Shown: in pieces, positions 59,699-64,000 of the stretch | Position numbering within the stretch: position 1 is the stretch's first letter | How the letters are laid out: each line of letters opens with the position of its first letter | Source of the DNA: Gracilinanus agilis | Taxonomy: Eukaryota | Direction of reading: 5' to 3' | NCBI RefSeq assembly: GCF_016433145.1 | Contig: NC_058131.1 | Location: forward strand, 670,967,408-671,031,407 | Length of the DNA: 64,000 nucleotides | Notes under the pieces: generated by a model | Told to the model about the DNA's origin: nothing | Databases searched by the model: none | Seen by the model: only the letters and a program-made list of their open reading frames with translations | Made by a program: the position numbers and the translations under genes

Positions 59699-62318
59699 AT
59701 GGGAGCTGAGGAAGAGGTTCAGGTCACGCTATCAGGGGGAGCTCCCTGGGGCTTCCGACTACAAGGGGGTGCTGAACAGAGGAAACCTTTGCAGGTGTCC
59801 AAGGTAAGGAAGACTCCCTGGTCTGGATGGATGCAAAAAAGAGAAACATAGTGGGGTCTGGAGATAGTCATAAAAGGCTACAAGGAAAAAAAGGATTAGC
59901 AGAAAGAAAACTTTTATGTGCTCCACATCTGGGTGAAGGGAGGGGTATCTGACCACCTGACTTCATATAGGGGCTTTTGGAAAAAGTCCTAGGTGTAGAA
60001 AGGAAGTCAGGTTCTGCCTTAGTTCCTTGAAATGCCGGAGGTGTTAGACTCTAAGGTCTGGTACCCCAGAATTTAGTCTGCATGATCTGTCCTTTAACTT
60101 TATCCCCATATACATATACCTGAAGCTTCAGGGAGTTGAGCAAGGATTCATTCCTCCCGCACTAACATGACTAATCTTGCTAGGCTTAGACATTGCACAG
60201 ATTTAGAGAGATCTCTCTGATGGACTTATAGGGAAGTGGGGAAGAAAGGAAGGTCTGGCAAAATTCTGGCCTGTTCAGAAGAAGGTATTCTACACATATA
60301 ATTGTCCATAGCACTCTTAAGATTTGGTTGTTGCCATGGGGGTATCTTCCCTGACTATGTAGATATTTTAGGACTATGAAGGCCAGAGAAGATCAGAGTA
60401 CCATGGACTTAAAGAAATCCTCTAGTTCAACCACCTTGTTTTACAGATATGGAAACTGAGGCCCAGAGATGTTGTGACTTGTCCAAAGTCACACAAGTAG
60501 TAAGCAGCAGAGTTAAAATATGAACTCTTGGAGTTATTGGTCAATGTGGGTAGGGCTTGGGGAAGGCAGCCTTTTAGGGGAATGCCCATAAGATCTGATC
60601 CTCCTCTTTGTAGTATTCCCAAACTTTTTTTTTTTTTTTTTTTATCATTTCAGATTCTGATTTCTTTCCTGCATACAGTGGCTCAATTCATCTACTGGAA
60701 TCTACCCCATTCCCTTAGCCTCCAGACTCTTTCCTTTTCTCTGCAATCTCTGTTCCCATCATCCCTGCTCAGTGGCATAAAACTTCCTATATGTTATGGT
60801 CACTTCTGCCCTAACTCTTGACCGTGGGGTCCTCTTTACATGTGTTCCCTGGGAACCTACAATATCTTGTTCTACACTTATCTAACCTCTGTTCCCTCAG
60901 ATACGAAGGAGAAGTCAGGCAGGCCGAGCAGGGCTTAGAGAACAGGACCAGCTATTGTCTATCAATGGAGCAGCTTGCACTGGTCTTTCCCACGCCAGTG
61001 CCATGAATCTCATTGATGCTTCAGGGGCCCAGCTCATCCTCACCGTGAGGAGGTAGGGATACCTTACTCCTTATCTCATGCCCCATCCACACAGCCCATT
61101 TCTCCCAGTTCTAGGTTATTTCTCACCAACTCACTCTCAGGTTCCTAAATTCTTATTCGTCTGTGTCTATTTGGGCTGGAGGGTATATATGTATGTCTCT
61201 ATGTATACACATACGTGTGTCTGTCTGACAGTATAAATATGAGGGCTGAGGTAAGGGCCAAGTGTACATGACAGAGGTGTGTGTGTATGAGTGTTCATGC
61301 TTCTCTCAAACCTAGCCCCCCTCTTTCCCAGCCTGTTTCCCTCTCAGCCTCCTTCTGTTCACATCTCTGTTTCACTTTTTCTCCCTAAGCTTCTTCTTTT
61401 TTTTTTTTTTAAAACCCTTACCTTCTGTCTTAAAATTCATTCTAAGTATTGGTTCCAAGGCAGAAGAGCAGTAAGGGCTAGGCATTTGAAGGTAAGTGAC
61501 TTGTCCAGGATTACACAGCTAGGAAGTGTCTGAGGCCAGATTTGAAACTAGGAGCTCTGTCTCCTGGTCTGGCTTTCTATCCATTCAACCATCACATCAA
61601 ACTGTGCCCCACTCCTTAGCCTCTTTTCTTTTCTTGCCCTCATGACCCCACAGTCCTGCTAGCCCCCATTATGGTTTTAAGTCTATTTTCTGCACTTTGA
61701 CCACAGTTTCTTCCTCCCTCAGTCCATCTCTAGTTCTTACTTTCTCAGTTCATTTTCCCATCTTTACCTAACTTGACACTACATTTCTCTCTCCTATCAA
61801 CAGGGTAGGAGATCTAGGGCCTGTGCGTTCTCCATCTCCTGGTGAGCTTCGAGTGCTGTCTCCTTCATCCCCACTGAGTCCAGAGCCCCCTGGGGCTTCA
61901 GCACCTCAACCTCTGCAGCCTGGAAGCCTGCGGTCACCCCCAGACAGTGAGGCATACTATGGGGAAACAGACAGTGATGTGGATGGCTCTGCCACCCAGG
62001 AGAAGCCCCGTCGTCCCCGTCGACGAGGTCCTACCAGGCCCACACCTCCAGGGGCCGCACCTGAGGAGGTCTCTTTATCTGACAGCCCCGCAGAGCCTGC
62101 CCCAGCTTCTCTTGAATCCCCAGCTCTGGGAGATAGCCGTGTGAGTTCTCCATCCTGGGAAGATGGGGCATCTCTTCAGCCGCCTCCAGCTGAAGCTCTG
62201 TTGTTACCTCATGGCCCACTCCGACCTGGGCCCCATCTCATCCCCATGGTGGGGCCCGTGCCTCACCCAGTGGCTGATGATCTTACCACCAGTTACACCC
62301 AGAAAGCCAAGCAAGCCA
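59699..62318 (+). CDS. SYNPO2L: SYNPO2L long (PDZ) isoform, exons 1-3; continues beyond the window
   Basis: Exons 59699-59803 ([35 protein letters not shown]), 60901-61052 ([23 protein letters not shown]...), 61804-62318 (...[14 protein letters not shown]...[12 protein letters not shown]); GT-AG, phases consistent. Confidence 0.95.
61397..61590 (-). mobile_element. Marsupial SINE (SINE1_Mdo-like) in SYNPO2L intron 2
   Basis: tttttttaaaacccttaccttctgtctt...ggttccaaggcagaagagcagtaagggctaggc. Confidence 0.8.
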
Positions 62319-63489
62319 GTGAGTGATCCACACCCTTCTTCAATGCTTGGAAGCCAGATATCTCTTCAAGCCCACAGTCTGGGCTTTCCCTCCTGCTGCC
62401 TTGGCTTTGCCCTTGAATTTTTTCTGAGAGGACAAGCAAGGAGGAATGGTAGTGGGAAAAGGGAACAATAACTATTTTCACGACCCCCTCCCCTCACATT
62501 GGTGTTTCTTTTTCCCCCTCCTTGATTTGGAGTAGTGAGATGGCCCAGCTAGATCAGGTCAGGGGCCAAAAAGGGAGTAGGAGAGAAGAGAGTATGAACA
62601 GATGCAGAGATTCTTGCAGCTTGGCAGGGCAGGGGCAGATAGTCATGGGGAGGGTTTGGAGGTCATGTTAGAAAACATCAGGGTTATTTGTAGGTATGGT
62701 ACCAGAGCTAGGAAAGAAAGCTGGGAGGGCAAGTCAGGAGAATTTGTAATTAGAATTAGGAATAGTGGAGACTGTGAAGCTGGGTAAAATCATAAGAGGT
62801 CTGGTAAATAGGGAATGATAAAGAGAAAGGTCTTTAGCTCTTTATTTCTGGCAAGAATGTGGGTCTAAGCAGAGGCCAGTGACACTTAGCTCAGGCTTTT
62901 TGCTATTTTTGGTATAGTGCTGTAGAATAAGGTCTAAGAGTATCGCCCCCAGGACTTCCCTGGCATCCTAAAAGCCTCAGATGGCCCTCCACGCCTGTGC
63001 TTCTTCCCTATCCACTATCCTACCTCCCAGATTTCAGGACCACAGAACTTCACAGCTCTGGGTTTTGGCAGACAGAGCACCATGGTGAGAGAGTCTGAGA
63101 TCCTTAAGAGGTTTCCAAACTGTATAGACTCCCACATCTCCTAGAGGGATCCATGCCTAGTGTTCTGCCCTTTTGAAATGCTTATCTTTCTCCTCCCTGC
63201 TGTCCCTCAACTTCCAATATGTTAGTCTATGGGCCGGGGATATTTTTAACCGGGCAGTTTTTGTGCCACTGGCCCAAGTAACTCATTGTCTGACAGGAGG
63301 TAGGCAGATGCTTATGTCCATCATACCAGGACTTGCAGTAGGGTGGGGCTAGGGGAGGGGGACTGAGTACCCAAAATAGCCCAATGAGCTCACTCATCTG
63401 CCAGCTCTGAGGCCAAGACAAAGAGGCTTTAAAAGGTGTTGGGGAAGGCCCAAGCTGGTCCTGCTCCAAACAACGGTGCCTTGATCAGC

Positions 63490-63589
63490 ATGGAGACCTT
63501 CAAACCTCTCAGCCAGGAGCCCCTCAGCCAAGCCAGCTGGGACAAGGCCCCAGGCTCTGGATCTGAGCTGCAGGACCAACCATATGCAG
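63490..63589 (+). CDS. SYNPO2L: SYNPO2L short-isoform alternative first coding exon
   Basis: METFKPLSQEPLSQASWDKAPGSGSELQDQPYA followed by G|GTATCA (phase 1, same as exon 3). Resembles the N-terminus of the known PDZ-less isoform (METFEPISQEPLSQASYDKAP..., recalled). Confidence 0.88.
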
Positions 63590-64000
63590 GTATCACTGGC
63601 CCATGTTGAAAGGATGAGGAGGAACTGGGATGGTAGTGTATCTTGGGGAACCAGGGGTAACCGGTGGTCTCAGGAAAAGGTCATGTCTCTTCCTTCCCTC
63701 ATCTTTCCTGTTCTCCTCCCTCCCCTTTCCCTGACCAACAAGCTGGGGATTCATTCCTCCCTTTCCAAGAAATGGGCTGATGTTCAAAGGAGGGAAAGTG
63801 TTTATGGGCATGCCTTTATATTACAGGGCACATGAGGAGAGCAGGTGAAACAAAGCTGGTAATTGTGAATATGTGTGGAGAAGTGAGAACATTTTTGAGA
63901 GTCCTTATGTTTGAGCATGTATGCAAGCATTTATATGTTTCCGTGTAAACAAAAAAATGTGTGTGAGGATGAAAGCTCAGAGTGTGAATGTGTGTCTATG

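Noticed and set aside
1-64000. tRNA, rRNA, snoRNA or CRISPR features
   Set aside because: None recognised. The tRNA-like A/B boxes belong to SINE heads, and the tandem repeats have no spacers.

Overview
Mammalian genomic DNA, very probably marsupial (opossum-like), inferred from the SINE, L1 and hAT content. The window holds the conserved cluster [ZSWIM8 promoter/5'UTR, inferred from synteny] <- CHCHD1 <- FUT11 <- SEC24C, then SYNPO2L -> (5' part, with two alternative first exons). I rebuilt all coding exons by hand with GT-AG junctions and consistent phases: CHCHD1 118 aa, FUT11 492 aa, SEC24C 1090 aa plus a 23-aa cassette exon. Between FUT11 and CHCHD1 lies a dead gamma-like endogenous retrovirus (9046-15076, TSD ACAT). 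Its 5' LTR is reduced to 43 bp, gag and the catalytic motifs of protease and RT are deleted, and a second LTR is nested in pol. There are several solo LTRs with 4-bp TSDs, four hAT MITEs with 8-bp TSDs (two resembling horizontally transferred families), and many L1/L2/SINE fragments. The most notable observations are an array of splice-donor-like motifs in CHCHD1 intron 1, the SEC24C motif-duplicating cassette exon, the SEC24C poly(A) site abutting the FUT11 promoter, and the ERV architecture. I found no convincing novel protein-coding system. Repeat family names come from memory, not a database search, and boundaries of old repeats are approximate.
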